Source: Deltaproteobacteria bacterium
Lineage (GTDB): Bacteria; Myxococcota_A; Polyangia; Polyangiales; Houyiibacteriaceae
Assembly: GCA_034670305.1 (NCBI GenBank)
Contig: JAXMNT010000003.1
Coordinates: 209,764-273,763 of the forward strand
DNA length: 64,000 bases
Reading direction: 5' to 3'
Position 1 is the first letter of the stretch. Each line of letters opens with the position of its first letter. The position numbers and the translations under genes are program-made. The notes under the pieces were generated by a model. It did no database searches. It saw only the letters and a program-made list of their open reading frames with translations, and was not told where the DNA came from. Below are positions 47,465 through 57,721 of this stretch, in pieces.

Positions 47465-47829
47465 CTGGCAGGTTGCTGAAGAACGCCCGCAGGGCGTTCT
47501 CGCAGCCTGCCCCTTGCCCCTGCCCTTGCCCCTGCCCTTGCCCGCGGATCAGCGGTCAGATCGCTTGATCAGCGCGACGAGCATCGCGACGACCTGCTCG
47601 AGGTGGGCGAGAGCCCGTTCGATATCGGGCCTCGATGCCTGGGCCCGACGGTCCGTGATTTCGAGCTGCGCCGCGTAGCACCGACCGATGTCCGGCGGCT
47701 TCGTCCGCTGGGCATCGGGTTCCGATTCGCGGCCTCGCCGTCGCGAGACACACGGCGTCCACGACGCGGGCAAGGGCACGGGCAAGGGCAACGGCAAGGG
47801 AGCAAGGTCGCTTTTCAGCGACCTGCTAG
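47465..47829. mobile_element. Complete ~365-bp CT(A/G)G-hairpin bounded repeat element with four-helix-bundle remnant
   Basis: The left half matches 25465-25745 and the right half matches 63877-64000 (inverted). Both ends are hairpins followed inward by (CCTTGC)n. Confidence 0.78.
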
Positions 47830-48254
47830 GTGTCGATCCCGAGGAAGCGACCGCCCCGCCCGCCGGTGTCGCGGTCGAGGAACCGTTTCGCGAGCGCGTA
47901 GACCCGGAAGAAGGCTTCGATGCGGCGGTGCGTCCAGCGGTCCAGCGGGCGGCCATCGCAGCGCACGACGAGTTTGGGATCCTCGAGTCCACCGTCCACG
48001 AACCGCACCACTGCGACCACGCGGCCTTCGAGGAGGCTGCCGCTGCGTTGGCGGGGCCCGAGCACCAGCGCGTCGAGGGGATCGCCATCGGGAGACAGGG
48101 TGTCCGGCACGCTGCCGTAGTTGAATGGCGTGGGGAGCGGGGAGACGAAATGCACCCGACCGTCCGGCCGCCGTTTGATGAACGACAGCCGCGGCACCTC
48201 GATGCGCACCTGCACCAACGCGCCGATCCGATGGGCTTCCGAAGACCTCGTCAC
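47826..48254 (-). CDS. ppa: Inorganic pyrophosphatase family protein (short)
   Basis: IEVPR.S..K, PFNYG.VP.TL..DGDPLDALVL and D...D.KLV. GTGA overlap with hrpB. Confidence 0.8.
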   Translation of the reverse strand: MTRSSEAHRIGALVQVRIEVPRLSFIKRRPDGRVHFVSPLPTPFNYGSVPDTLSPDGDPLDALVLGPRQRSGSLLEGRVVAVVRFVDGGLEDPKLVVRCDGRPLDRWTHRRIEAFFRVYALAKRFLDRDTGGRGGRFLGIDT

Positions 48255-50695
48255 GTGGGCACCTCCGGCCACGCATGGCGCGGATAACGGCGGCTCAGCT
48301 GCTTTCGAAGCGCGGGGTAGTGCTCGGTCCAGAAACGTTTCAAGTCGGTGGTCACCTGCACCGCCCGCCGGTTCGGCGCCAGCAGGTGCAGCACGAGCGG
48401 CACCTGCCCGCGGGCGATGCGGGGTCCTTCTTCCAGCCCGAAGAAGTCCTGCAGCCGCGACTGGATCCACGGAGCCCGATCGACTTCGTACTGCACTGGG
48501 ATCTTCTTCCGTCCCGGCAACGAGACGAACTCCGGCGCGATCCGATCGAGCAGTCCCCGCTCGGACCCGACCGCCTGCAACATCGTCAGAGCGAGGGACT
48601 CGGACCGGAGATCCGCGAACGACCGGCGGCCCTCGCACAGCTGCCGGAGCGCGCTCGAACGATCCACCGCCACCCCGAGCCCATGCGCGTTCGCGAACTG
48701 GATGCGCCGCTCGATCGCGACGAGCGCATCGACGTCGAACAGCGCCTCGAGCCCGCGCGCTTCGGCCGCGGTCGCCAGCACGTCGGCCACTTCGGAGCCA
48801 GCCACATCGCGGGAGACCGACTCATCGAGCACCAAACCTCCGAACCGCAGCGACGACGCCCGCTCCACCTGTTCGGTCTGGGCGTCGAACCTGAGCTGGT
48901 CGACCGACTCGACGTCGGCTTCGAAGAGTTCGAGGATCCACTCGGGTTCGATCGCCGTGGCGGACCACACGATCGCGCGGCCTCGGCCACCCCGCTCCCG
49001 GCTGTCCCGCACATCGGTGGCGACGAGGAACGGCGCCTCCCGCACCACGCTCTCCTCCGCGAGGTCCGCGTCGCCCCCACCCGCGAAGACGACCCGCGTG
49101 CCGTGTTGGGTGCGCCGCTTCGCGACCCGGTCCGGGAACCCAGCGAGGACCGCGATGGCAAGATCCGCGTCGTCGTCCGACGTCTCCTCGGACCCTCCGA
49201 TTCGAAGTCGCTTCGCGACGCGACGCACCGTGCGAACCGCGTGCGGGTCGAAACCGCGCCCCTCGAGCTCGCGGTCGCGGAGCCCTTCTGCTTCCGCGGC
49301 CTCGAGTTCGAACAATCGGTCCAGCACATCCGAGTTCGAGACCCGATCCCGACGCCCACCGCGGCGCCGCACATCGCGCTCGGAGAGCAGCGCCGCCAAC
49401 CAGGCGGACCGCGCACCGCATCCCCGCGCATGCGCTTCGTCGAGCACCCTCGCGATGCGGGGATGCACCGGCCGCTTGGCCATCGCGCGTCCACGTGCGG
49501 TCAACGAACCGTCGTGCAGCGCGCCGAGCTGATGCAGCAGCCGGTCCGCACTCTCCACGGCGCGCTCGGGCGGCGGGTCGAGCAGAGGCAGCGAAGTGTC
49601 CGCCACCACCCGCAGCTGGAGCCGGTGTTCGCACAGATCGAGTCGAGCGATGTCCGGCGCGTCCAGCGGCGGGCGCGCGTCGTGGTCCGCCTTCGAGTAG
49701 AGACGCACGCAGTGGCCCGGACGGACCCGACCCGCGCGGCCGGCCCGCTGCGTCGCCGACGACTGACTGATCCGTTCCACCACCAGCGCCGGCAAGCCGG
49801 ACGCCGCCGTGCGCGCGATCCGAGCGAGACCGGAGTCCACCACCGTGGTCACGCCCGGCACCGTGACCGAGCTCTCCGCGACGTTGGTGCTGAGCACCAC
49901 CCGTCGACGGCTTCCACCCCGGACTGCGGCGTCCTGTTCGGCCGCGCTCAGGTCGCCGTGGAGCCGGACCAGATCCGCCTTCGCGGCGGCGCATGGTTTC
50001 TCGAGTTCGCTGCGGCAGCGCCGGATCTCCGCGGAGCCGGGCAGAAACACGAGGATGTCTCCGTCGCCCGACTTCAGGGACCGCACCACCGCGGCCCGCA
50101 CTTGGCGCTCGAGCGGCCGCTCGTCGTGGCCCGCGTACTCGACAGAGACCGGATGGGTGCGGCCCGGCACCGACAGGACCTCCGCGCCGCCCAGAAACGC
50201 AGCCACCGGCGCCGGGTCAAGCGTCGCGCTCATAGCGACGATCGGGAGCGGGCGTTGTTCTCGGATCCGCCGCACGCAGGCGAAGGCCAAGTCGAGCGCG
50301 AGGTGGCGTTCGTGCAGCTCGTCGAAGACCACCGCACCGACCCCGCGCAGCTCCGGGTCCGCGAGCAGCCGCCGGAGCAGCACACCGTGGGTGACGAAAC
50401 GCAGCTGGGTGTTCCGCCCGCCGACGGACTCGAACCGAACGGAGTAGCCGACGCGCCCGCCCACGTTCTCACCGAGTTCTTCGGAGACCCGCAGCGCCGC
50501 GAGTCGCGCCGCCACCCGGCGGGGCTCGAGCACCAAGATCTCCCCCTCGATCGAAGACTCGAGCAGCGCGCGTGGCAGGCGCGTCGTCTTGCCGGCGCCC
50601 GGCTCTGCGACGAGCACCAGCCCTTGCCCGCGCGCTGCGTCGACGGCGTCGGGCAAGAACGGATCGATGGGCAGGGGTGCGGGCGGCGTGCTCAC
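48251..50695 (-). CDS. hrpB: ATP-dependent helicase HrpB
   Basis: GAGKTTRLP, DELHER, MSAT, STNVAESSVT, QRAGRAGR, and C-terminal LLAPNRR.VQVT.DL..FW...Y..LRK.L.RRYPRH.WP. Confidence 0.93.
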   Translation of the reverse strand: MSTPPAPLPIDPFLPDAVDAARGQGLVLVAEPGAGKTTRLPRALLESSIEGEILVLEPRRVAARLAALRVSEELGENVGGRVGYSVRFESVGGRNTQLRFVTHGVLLRRLLADPELRGVGAVVFDELHERHLALDLAFACVRRIREQRPLPIVAMSATLDPAPVAAFLGGAEVLSVPGRTHPVSVEYAGHDERPLERQVRAAVVRSLKSGDGDILVFLPGSAEIRRCRSELEKPCAAAKADLVRLHGDLSAAEQDAAVRGGSRRRVVLSTNVAESSVTVPGVTTVVDSGLARIARTAASGLPALVVERISQSSATQRAGRAGRVRPGHCVRLYSKADHDARPPLDAPDIARLDLCEHRLQLRVVADTSLPLLDPPPERAVESADRLLHQLGALHDGSLTARGRAMAKRPVHPRIARVLDEAHARGCGARSAWLAALLSERDVRRRGGRRDRVSNSDVLDRLFELEAAEAEGLRDRELEGRGFDPHAVRTVRRVAKRLRIGGSEETSDDDADLAIAVLAGFPDRVAKRRTQHGTRVVFAGGGDADLAEESVVREAPFLVATDVRDSRERGGRGRAIVWSATAIEPEWILELFEADVESVDQLRFDAQTEQVERASSLRFGGLVLDESVSRDVAGSEVADVLATAAEARGLEALFDVDALVAIERRIQFANAHGLGVAVDRSSALRQLCEGRRSFADLRSESLALTMLQAVGSERGLLDRIAPEFVSLPGRKKIPVQYEVDRAPWIQSRLQDFFGLEEGPRIARGQVPLVLHLLAPNRRAVQVTTDLKRFWTEHYPALRKQLSRRYPRHAWPEVPT

Positions 50696-52086
50696 GCGAG
50701 CATCAAACGATGGGCCATCTCGCGGGTGTACTTCAGGTACGAGACGATGCAGGTGATCCCGAGCCCGAGCAGCGCGAGCCCGATGAACAGCAGCCCGATG
50801 CCAAGCGAGGATCCACCGATGCGCGCGACGGGCAGGAGCACCGCGAGCACCACGAAGGAGGGTTTGAGAAATCCGCGACTCGGCATCGCTTTGGCGCCTT
50901 GGAGTTGTTTGGCGACCTGGGCGTACGAGCTGAGCATGGAGAGCACCGCGATCAGCCCGACCACACCGGAGACGGCTTCCATGACCGGCAGCACATCTTG
51001 CAAGTCGGAGAGGTGTCGGTAACGCCCGGAGCTCACCGCGCGCGCCACGCACGCGAGCGCGACGAGCCCGATCATGAACCCGATCCCGTGGAACATCACC
51101 GCCGTGCGGGCGGCCGAGCGCCCGTAGGTCAGCCGCGGCAACCCTCCGGCGTAGCGGGAGACCCCGTTCAAGACCGCGCTCTGCGCGATGAGACTCGCCA
51201 GCGGCACGAGCACCATCATCGCTTGCGCCGCTTCGATGTTTCGGGCGCGGGCGAGACCCACCATCACGACCACCCCGATCACGTTCACGAAGAACTGCGC
51301 CACGAGCCCGTTGGCGTATCGGTTCAACCCAAGACCGGCAGGCCGGAACCGGCCCTCGCCTTCCGCGGCTGGGGCGGTTTCGTTTCGAACGCTGAGGTTC
51401 TCAGGAACCGTGGAGAGTTCGGCGGCGTGCCGGATCATCAAGACGGCGGGGGGCACCGTGGCAAGCGAGAAGACGAGGCTGTACACGAGCCAAGCACCCT
51501 CCCCCGCGAACTGGAGGAGACTCGTGAAGAACTGGACCAACCCCATCGCGGCGACGAGGAGCTGTGCGCCGATGGTGCCCCAGACCAGTCCGGGGCTGGG
51601 CGGACGCGCGTAGGCCGACCCGATCCGCGCCACCTCGAGTGCCAGCAGCACGAGGGCGAACATCCACGCCACCAGGCGCACAAAACTCAGCCCCCCGAAG
51701 AACGCGTGGGTCCAGCCGTCCGGATCGTAGGCCGGGGTGAGGTCGAACCAGCCGGCGACGCTGTACAGCAGGAACGACACACCCACCACGACCAGCACGA
51801 TGGCACTCCCAAGGGCCCAGCGGACGGGCCCGGCCACGCTGCCGAGCGCGTTCCGGTACCGACGAATCCCGAGGGCGAGCCAGATGGTGAGCCCGAGCGA
51901 GGCGACCGACAACAGAGGCAAGGCGAAGTAGAACAAGTCGCCCCGGTCGTACCCGAAGGCGTCGGTGGACCGGAGCGCGTGAAGCCCAATCCGGATCAGG
52001 TCGACGACGAAGTGAGCGGCGAGCGCGAGGCCCACCGAGCGGGAGGCGGACTTGGCGTCGTCGCCGTGAATGCGTTCGATCAACAT
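50692..52086 (-). CDS. Polytopic membrane protein of unknown function
   Basis: About 11-12 hydrophobic helices; AGGAGG RBS; GTGA coupling to hrpB. Confidence 0.75.
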   Translation of the reverse strand: MLIERIHGDDAKSASRSVGLALAAHFVVDLIRIGLHALRSTDAFGYDRGDLFYFALPLLSVASLGLTIWLALGIRRYRNALGSVAGPVRWALGSAIVLVVVGVSFLLYSVAGWFDLTPAYDPDGWTHAFFGGLSFVRLVAWMFALVLLALEVARIGSAYARPPSPGLVWGTIGAQLLVAAMGLVQFFTSLLQFAGEGAWLVYSLVFSLATVPPAVLMIRHAAELSTVPENLSVRNETAPAAEGEGRFRPAGLGLNRYANGLVAQFFVNVIGVVVMVGLARARNIEAAQAMMVLVPLASLIAQSAVLNGVSRYAGGLPRLTYGRSAARTAVMFHGIGFMIGLVALACVARAVSSGRYRHLSDLQDVLPVMEAVSGVVGLIAVLSMLSSYAQVAKQLQGAKAMPSRGFLKPSFVVLAVLLPVARIGGSSLGIGLLFIGLALLGLGITCIVSYLKYTREMAHRLMLA

Positions 52087-52159
52087 GCTGCCCCCTCCTA
52101 CGCCATCCCGGCCGCCCGACTCCCTTGCGCGCGACGCCTCGTCACTTCGCGCCCGAAGC

Positions 52160-53833
52160 TCAGCCCTTGGTGAGCTTGCGGTACTTGATGCGCTTCGGCA
52201 CGTCGTCTTCGCCGAGTCGCTTGCGCTTGTCGGCCGCGTAGTCCGAGTAGCCACCGGTGTAGTAGGTGACCTGGCTGTCGCCTTCGAAGCCGAGGATGTG
52301 GGTACAGATGCGGTCCAGGTACCAGCGGTCATGGCTGATGATGAGCACGCAGCCCGGGAACTCGAGCAGTGCCGACTCCAGCGAGCGCAGGGTCTCGACG
52401 TCGAGGTCGTTGGTCGGTTCATCGAGCAGCAATACGTTGCCACCGGCGCGCATGAGCTTGGCCAGGTGCACGCGGTTGCGCTCGCCACCGGAGAGGTTCT
52501 TCACCAGCTTCTGCTGGTCGGATCCCTTGAAGTTGAACCAGCCGCAGTACGCGCGGCTCGACACGAACTTGTCGCCCATGTCGATCTCGTCGGCGCCGCC
52601 GCTGATCTCCTGAAACACGGTGCTGTCGTCGCCGAGGTGATCGCGGTGCTGGTCGACGTACGAGAGCTGGACCGTCTCGCCGATCTCGACGGTGCCTTCG
52701 TCGGGCGTCTCTTTGCCGATGATGGTCTTGAAGAGCGTGGTCTTGCCTGCGCCGTTCGGACCGACGATGCCGATGATCGCGCCTGGCGGCACCCGGAGCG
52801 AGAGGTTCTCGAAGAGCAGCTTGTCGCCGTACGCTTTGGTGAGCCCTTCGATCTCGATGACCTTGTCGCCAAGGCGCGGGCCCGGGGGAATGCGGACCTC
52901 GTTCGGGTCGCGGCGCTTCTCGGCTCGGTCGCGCACGAGCTGGTCGAACGCTTCGAGGCGGGCCTTGCTCTTGGCTTGTCGGGCCTTCGGGCTGCTGCGG
53001 ACCCACTCGATCTCTTCTTTGATCTTCTTCTGTCGCGAGCTGGCGGACTTCTCTTCTTTGGCGAGCCGCTCCTGCTTGGCGACCAGCCACTCGGAGTAGT
53101 TGCCCTCGAAGGGGATCGCTTTGCCGTGGTCGAGCTCGAGGATCCACTCCACGACCTCGTCCAGAAAGTAGCGGTCGTGGGTGACGAGCACGACGCACCC
53201 GCGGTAGCTCTGCAAATGACCCTGAAGCCACGCGACCGACTCCGCGTCCAGATGGTTCGTCGGTTCGTCGAGCAGGAGCACGTCCGGCTTCTCGAGCAAG
53301 AGCCGACACAACGCGACGCGCCGTTTCTCGCCACCAGAGAGGTGCGCACATTCGGCATCGGCCGGCGGAAGACGAAGCGCGTCCATCGCGATCTCGAGCG
53401 TGTGGTCGAGCGTCCACGCGTCCACCGCGTCGATCTGGTCCTGAAGCGCGGCCTGCTTGTCGAGCAGCTTCGTCATCTCGTCGTCGCTCATCGGCTCGCC
53501 GAGCTTCATGCTCATCTCTTCGAAGTCCGTGAGCAGCTTGCGGATCGGTGCCACAGCCGCTTCGACGGCCTCGATGACCGTCTTGGCGTCGCCGAGGTCC
53601 GGCTCCTGGGGCAAGTAGCCCACCTTCGCGCCCGGACGGAGCCAGCACTCGCCGGTGAAGTCCGTGTCGACGCCCGCCATCAGACGAAGGATCGTGGACT
53701 TGCCGGTGCCGTTGACACCGATCACGCCGATCTTCGCGTTGGGCAAGAACGAGAGGTAGAGATCTTTGACGATCTTCTTGTCGGGGGGATGGACCTTGGT
53801 CAGCCCCTTCATCGCAAACACGAACTCAGCCAT
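52160..53833 (-). CDS. ettA: Energy-dependent translational throttle protein EttA (ABC-F)
   Basis: MAEFVFAM..L.K, two ABC domains, the linker EW.R.SPKARQAKSKARL, and terminal RIKYRKL. Confidence 0.95.
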   Translation of the reverse strand: MAEFVFAMKGLTKVHPPDKKIVKDLYLSFLPNAKIGVIGVNGTGKSTILRLMAGVDTDFTGECWLRPGAKVGYLPQEPDLGDAKTVIEAVEAAVAPIRKLLTDFEEMSMKLGEPMSDDEMTKLLDKQAALQDQIDAVDAWTLDHTLEIAMDALRLPPADAECAHLSGGEKRRVALCRLLLEKPDVLLLDEPTNHLDAESVAWLQGHLQSYRGCVVLVTHDRYFLDEVVEWILELDHGKAIPFEGNYSEWLVAKQERLAKEEKSASSRQKKIKEEIEWVRSSPKARQAKSKARLEAFDQLVRDRAEKRRDPNEVRIPPGPRLGDKVIEIEGLTKAYGDKLLFENLSLRVPPGAIIGIVGPNGAGKTTLFKTIIGKETPDEGTVEIGETVQLSYVDQHRDHLGDDSTVFQEISGGADEIDMGDKFVSSRAYCGWFNFKGSDQQKLVKNLSGGERNRVHLAKLMRAGGNVLLLDEPTNDLDVETLRSLESALLEFPGCVLIISHDRWYLDRICTHILGFEGDSQVTYYTGGYSDYAADKRKRLGEDDVPKRIKYRKLTKG

Positions 53834-53906
53834 GCGCGGCACGTAGCACCGCTCTGTGGGAATCGCGAGCCTTTCCCAACCGACCAGAGGTTGGTATGCC
53901 GCCGCC

Positions 53907-56642
53907 ATGACCCGTTCGAGCTGGCTCCTCTTGTCCCTGGCGTTTTCACTCTTGGCGTGTGGGCCGAGCCCGAGCGGGCAACGGCCGACGACCATCGCCA
54001 CCGCGGACCCGGTCGTGGAGGTGCCCGAGACGGTCGACCCGGGCGCGCCACCGCTTGGGCAGTTGCCGGACACGGTGACCCCCACCCACTACGCGCTCGA
54101 GTTGTCCATTGCGCCCTCCCGCCACGGGTTCCACGGCAAGGCCGAGATCCGGATCCAGATCTCGGAGCCGACCCAGTTCATCTGGCTGCACGGCAACCGC
54201 CTTCAGGTGCGAAGCGCGACCGTCACGCCCGAAGGCGGCGAAGCGATCGTCGGGACCTACGAACAGGTGCACGACGAAGGCGTCGCGCTGCTTCGACTGG
54301 CGTCGGAACTGCCCGCCGGCGAAGCGGTGCTCACCGTCGACTACGACGCGCCCTTTAACCGCGCGCTCCGCGGCCTCTACCGAGTCGACCACGCCGGTGA
54401 CAGCTACGCATTCACCCAGTTCGAAGCCACGAGCGCGCGCCTCTGTTTCCCCTCCTTCGACGAGCCGCGTTTCAAGACCCCGTTCGCGATGACGATGATC
54501 GTCCCCAAGGACGAGGTCGCGGTGTTCAACACGCCGGTCACCGAAGAGACCGTCGACGGAGACAACCGCCGCGTCGTGTTCGCGCCCACCCGTCCGCTGC
54601 CCACCTACCTGGTCGCGATGGCGGTCGGACCGCTCGACGTGGTCGAGTCCGAAGCCATTCCGCCGAGTGAGATCCGACAGCGCCCCATCCCGCTGCGCGG
54701 ACTCGCGGCCCGCGGCAAAGGTCCGCAGCTGCGCTACGCGCTCGCAGAAACCGGCCGCATCCTCGCGGACCTCGAAGCGTACTTCGGACAGCCCTACCCG
54801 TACGCGAAGCTCGACATCGCCGCGGTCCCCGACTTCGCCGCCGGCGCGATGGAGAACGCTGGGCTCGTCACCTTTCGAGAAGAACTGCTGCTCTCGGTCG
54901 ACACCGGCCCCGAGTGGCAGAAGCGCGCGTACGCCTACGTCATGGCGCACGAGCTGGCCCACCAGTGGTTCGGCAACCTCGTGACCATGGAGTGGTGGGA
55001 CGACCTGTGGCTGAACGAAGCGTTCGCCACCTGGATGGGTCAAAAGGTCGTGCAGAACCTCTACCCCACCTACCGAGAAGAACTCGCCGCGCTCGAGAGC
55101 GTGCAGAGCGCGATGGGCTCCGACTCCCTCGTCACCGCCCGGCAGATCCGGCAGCCGATCGAGAGCAACGACGACATCCGGAACGCGTTCGATTCGATCA
55201 CCTACCGCAAGGGCGGGGGCGTGCTCTCGATGTTCGAGCGCTGGATGGGTGCGGAGACGTTCCAGCGCGGCATCCGCCAGTACATGGAGACCCACGCGTG
55301 GGGGAACGCGACCTACACCGATCTGTTGGGCGCCCTGAGCGAGAGCAGCGGCCGCGACGTCGCCACCCCGTTCCGCACCTTCCTCTTTCAGCCGGGGCTG
55401 CCGTTTCTGAACGCGCAGGTCTCTTGCGGCGACGACGCCGCCACCGTCGCCCTCACCCAGTCCCGCTACCTGCCGATCGGCTCCACCGGAGACGCCGCGC
55501 AAGAGTGGAAGCTGCCGGTCTGCGTGCGCTACGGACTCGGGCGCGAAGTGAAGACCCAGTGTGAACTCGTCGAGAGCCGCGCCCACACCATGACGCTCGA
55601 GGGGTGCCCGAGCTGGGTCATGCCCAACGCGGACGGTGCCGGTTACCTCCGGTTCAACCTCGACGACGAATGGCTCGGCAAACTGATGGGCGCCGGCTGG
55701 TCGAAGCTCACCGAACGCGAACAGCTCGCGGTGGCCGACAGCCTGGAGGCCGCGTTCAACGCGGGCACGATGAGTGCCGAAGCCATGTACTCGAGCCTGG
55801 ACCGGTTCTCCCGCTCCACGGTGCGCCCCCTCGTGCAGATGCCGATGGGACAACTCGGTTTCGCCCTCGATCGATTGGTCACCGAAGACGACGAACGCGC
55901 CGCGGTGCGGGCGATGTCCCGGCGGCTCTACGCGCCGGTGTACCGCCGCCTCCGATTCGCGCCCCGCCGCAACGAAGACGGCGAGACCGCGATTCTCCGC
56001 GGCTCGGTGATCTCCCACCTGGCCTTCACTGGCGAAGATCCCGCCGTGCGCCGCGAAGCGGTCCGGCGCGCCCACGCCTACCTCGGCTACGGCCGGCGTG
56101 GCGACGGAGAGTTCCACCCCGATGCGGTGGACCCCAACCTGCTCGCCACGGTCTTGTCGGTGGCGGTGCAAGACGGCGACGCGGCGTTCTTCGAACACGT
56201 GAAGGAGCGGTTCTTCGCCAGCCAGGAAGCGCTGCTCCGAGGACATCTCCTGCGGGCGCTCGCGTCCACCAAGGACGCAGAGCGGTCGGCCGAGGTGCTG
56301 GCGCTGGCGCTCGACGAACGGCTGCAGGTCAACGAGATCTGGAACACGTTGCGGGGTCCGCTCACCCAGCGAGAGACCCGCGACGGTGCCTGGGCCTGGT
56401 TCCAGGCCAACTTCGAAGCCCTGGCCGCGCGCCTCGAGACCGGTGCTGGCCGCCTGCCGGCGGTGGGCAACGCGTTCTGCAGCGAAGCGCGCGCCACCGA
56501 GGTGGAAGCGTTCTTCACCCCGCGCCTGTCGCTGATGCCCGGCGGGCCCCGCAACCTCGCCAACGCCCTCGAGAGCATCCGGCTCTGCGCCCAGAAGGTC
56601 GCCGCCCACCGTCAGAGCGCCCGGGCCGTCTTCGGCGGGTAG
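53907..56642 (+). CDS. M1-family aminopeptidase, lipoprotein
   Basis: Lipobox LLAC, TQFE...AR..FP.FDEP, GAMEN, HELAHQWFGNLVT..WW.DLWLNEAF and an ERAP1-like C-domain. Confidence 0.95.
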   Translation: MTRSSWLLLSLAFSLLACGPSPSGQRPTTIATADPVVEVPETVDPGAPPLGQLPDTVTPTHYALELSIAPSRHGFHGKAEIRIQISEPTQFIWLHGNRLQVRSATVTPEGGEAIVGTYEQVHDEGVALLRLASELPAGEAVLTVDYDAPFNRALRGLYRVDHAGDSYAFTQFEATSARLCFPSFDEPRFKTPFAMTMIVPKDEVAVFNTPVTEETVDGDNRRVVFAPTRPLPTYLVAMAVGPLDVVESEAIPPSEIRQRPIPLRGLAARGKGPQLRYALAETGRILADLEAYFGQPYPYAKLDIAAVPDFAAGAMENAGLVTFREELLLSVDTGPEWQKRAYAYVMAHELAHQWFGNLVTMEWWDDLWLNEAFATWMGQKVVQNLYPTYREELAALESVQSAMGSDSLVTARQIRQPIESNDDIRNAFDSITYRKGGGVLSMFERWMGAETFQRGIRQYMETHAWGNATYTDLLGALSESSGRDVATPFRTFLFQPGLPFLNAQVSCGDDAATVALTQSRYLPIGSTGDAAQEWKLPVCVRYGLGREVKTQCELVESRAHTMTLEGCPSWVMPNADGAGYLRFNLDDEWLGKLMGAGWSKLTEREQLAVADSLEAAFNAGTMSAEAMYSSLDRFSRSTVRPLVQMPMGQLGFALDRLVTEDDERAAVRAMSRRLYAPVYRRLRFAPRRNEDGETAILRGSVISHLAFTGEDPAVRREAVRRAHAYLGYGRRGDGEFHPDAVDPNLLATVLSVAVQDGDAAFFEHVKERFFASQEALLRGHLLRALASTKDAERSAEVLALALDERLQVNEIWNTLRGPLTQRETRDGAWAWFQANFEALAARLETGAGRLPAVGNAFCSEARATEVEAFFTPRLSLMPGGPRNLANALESIRLCAQKVAAHRQSARAVFGG

Positions 56643-56700
56643 CGGCGCTCCAAGGGCGCGCTGGGTTGCCCTGCTGAGCGAGGGCGGGTAGGACGCTTTC

Positions 56701-57633
56701 ATGCGAACATTTTCCCGACGCGCGCTGCCGATCCTGGCTCTGATCCTCGCGGGATGCGGCAACCAGCAGGCCGCTTCCTCGACTGAAGAAGCCCCGGCCG
56801 AAACCCCCGACAACGCCGGCACGACGATGGGCGCAACCAGCCGCTCGAAGACGGTCACCGTGAACGACCGGGCGGCACCTCCTGGAGGCGGCGACCTCCC
56901 GGCGCCGTCCGATGTGGCCGCGCCACCTTCGGATGCGGTGCGGACCGACAGCGGACTCGCCAGCAAGGTCCTCGAGCCCGGCTCGGGTTCGAACCGGCCG
57001 ACCGCGAACGATCGCGTCACCGTGCACTACACGGGCTGGACCACCGACGGCCGCATGTTCGACAGCTCCCTGCAGCGCGGCCGGCCCGCCACCTTCCCAC
57101 TCAGCGGTGTCATCGCCGGCTGGACCGAAGGCCTGCAGCTGATGGCCGAGGGCGAGAAGCGCCGCTTCTGGATCCCCGAGTCGCTCGCGTACGGCGGCCG
57201 CCCCGGGCGACCCCAAGGCATGCTCGTGTTCGACGTCGAGTTGATCTCCATTCAGAGCATGCCCGAGCCGCCGACGGTGCCCGAAGACGTGGCCGCCGCG
57301 CCGGAGTCGGCGGACACCACCGCGAGTGGGCTCGCCAGTCGTGTGCTCGAAGCCGGCAGCGGCACCCGCCACCCGGAGCCGACCAGCACGGTCGAAGTCA
57401 ACTACACCGGCTGGACGACGGACGGCAGCATGTTCGACAGCTCCATCACCCGTGGCCGGCCGGCGACCTTTCCGCTCAACCGAGTCATCGGCGGATGGAC
57501 CGAAGGGCTTCAGCTGATGGTCGAAGGCGAGAAGCGACGCTTCTGGATCCCGGCCAACCTGGCGTACGAAGGTCGACCTGGCCCGCAGGGTACGCTGGTC
57601 TTCGACGTCGAGTTGATTCGGATCGTCGAGTAG
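56701..57633 (+). CDS. Tandem FKBP-type peptidyl-prolyl isomerase, lipoprotein
   Basis: LAGC lipobox; two copies of YTGWTTDG.MFDSS...VI.GWTEGLQLM..GEKRRFWIP..LAY. Confidence 0.95.
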   Translation: MRTFSRRALPILALILAGCGNQQAASSTEEAPAETPDNAGTTMGATSRSKTVTVNDRAAPPGGGDLPAPSDVAAPPSDAVRTDSGLASKVLEPGSGSNRPTANDRVTVHYTGWTTDGRMFDSSLQRGRPATFPLSGVIAGWTEGLQLMAEGEKRRFWIPESLAYGGRPGRPQGMLVFDVELISIQSMPEPPTVPEDVAAAPESADTTASGLASRVLEAGSGTRHPEPTSTVEVNYTGWTTDGSMFDSSITRGRPATFPLNRVIGGWTEGLQLMVEGEKRRFWIPANLAYEGRPGPQGTLVFDVELIRIVE

Positions 57634-57721
57634 CCCGCTTGGCGCGCCCCGCGCACTGAAGACAACTCGGCTCGGGTCCTGCCGAAGAAGCCACACTTTG
57701 GAACCGAGTTTGCCCCACGCC

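Noticed and set aside
56900-57630. Internal DNA duplication
   Set aside because: Explained by the two tandem FKBP domains; ordinary.
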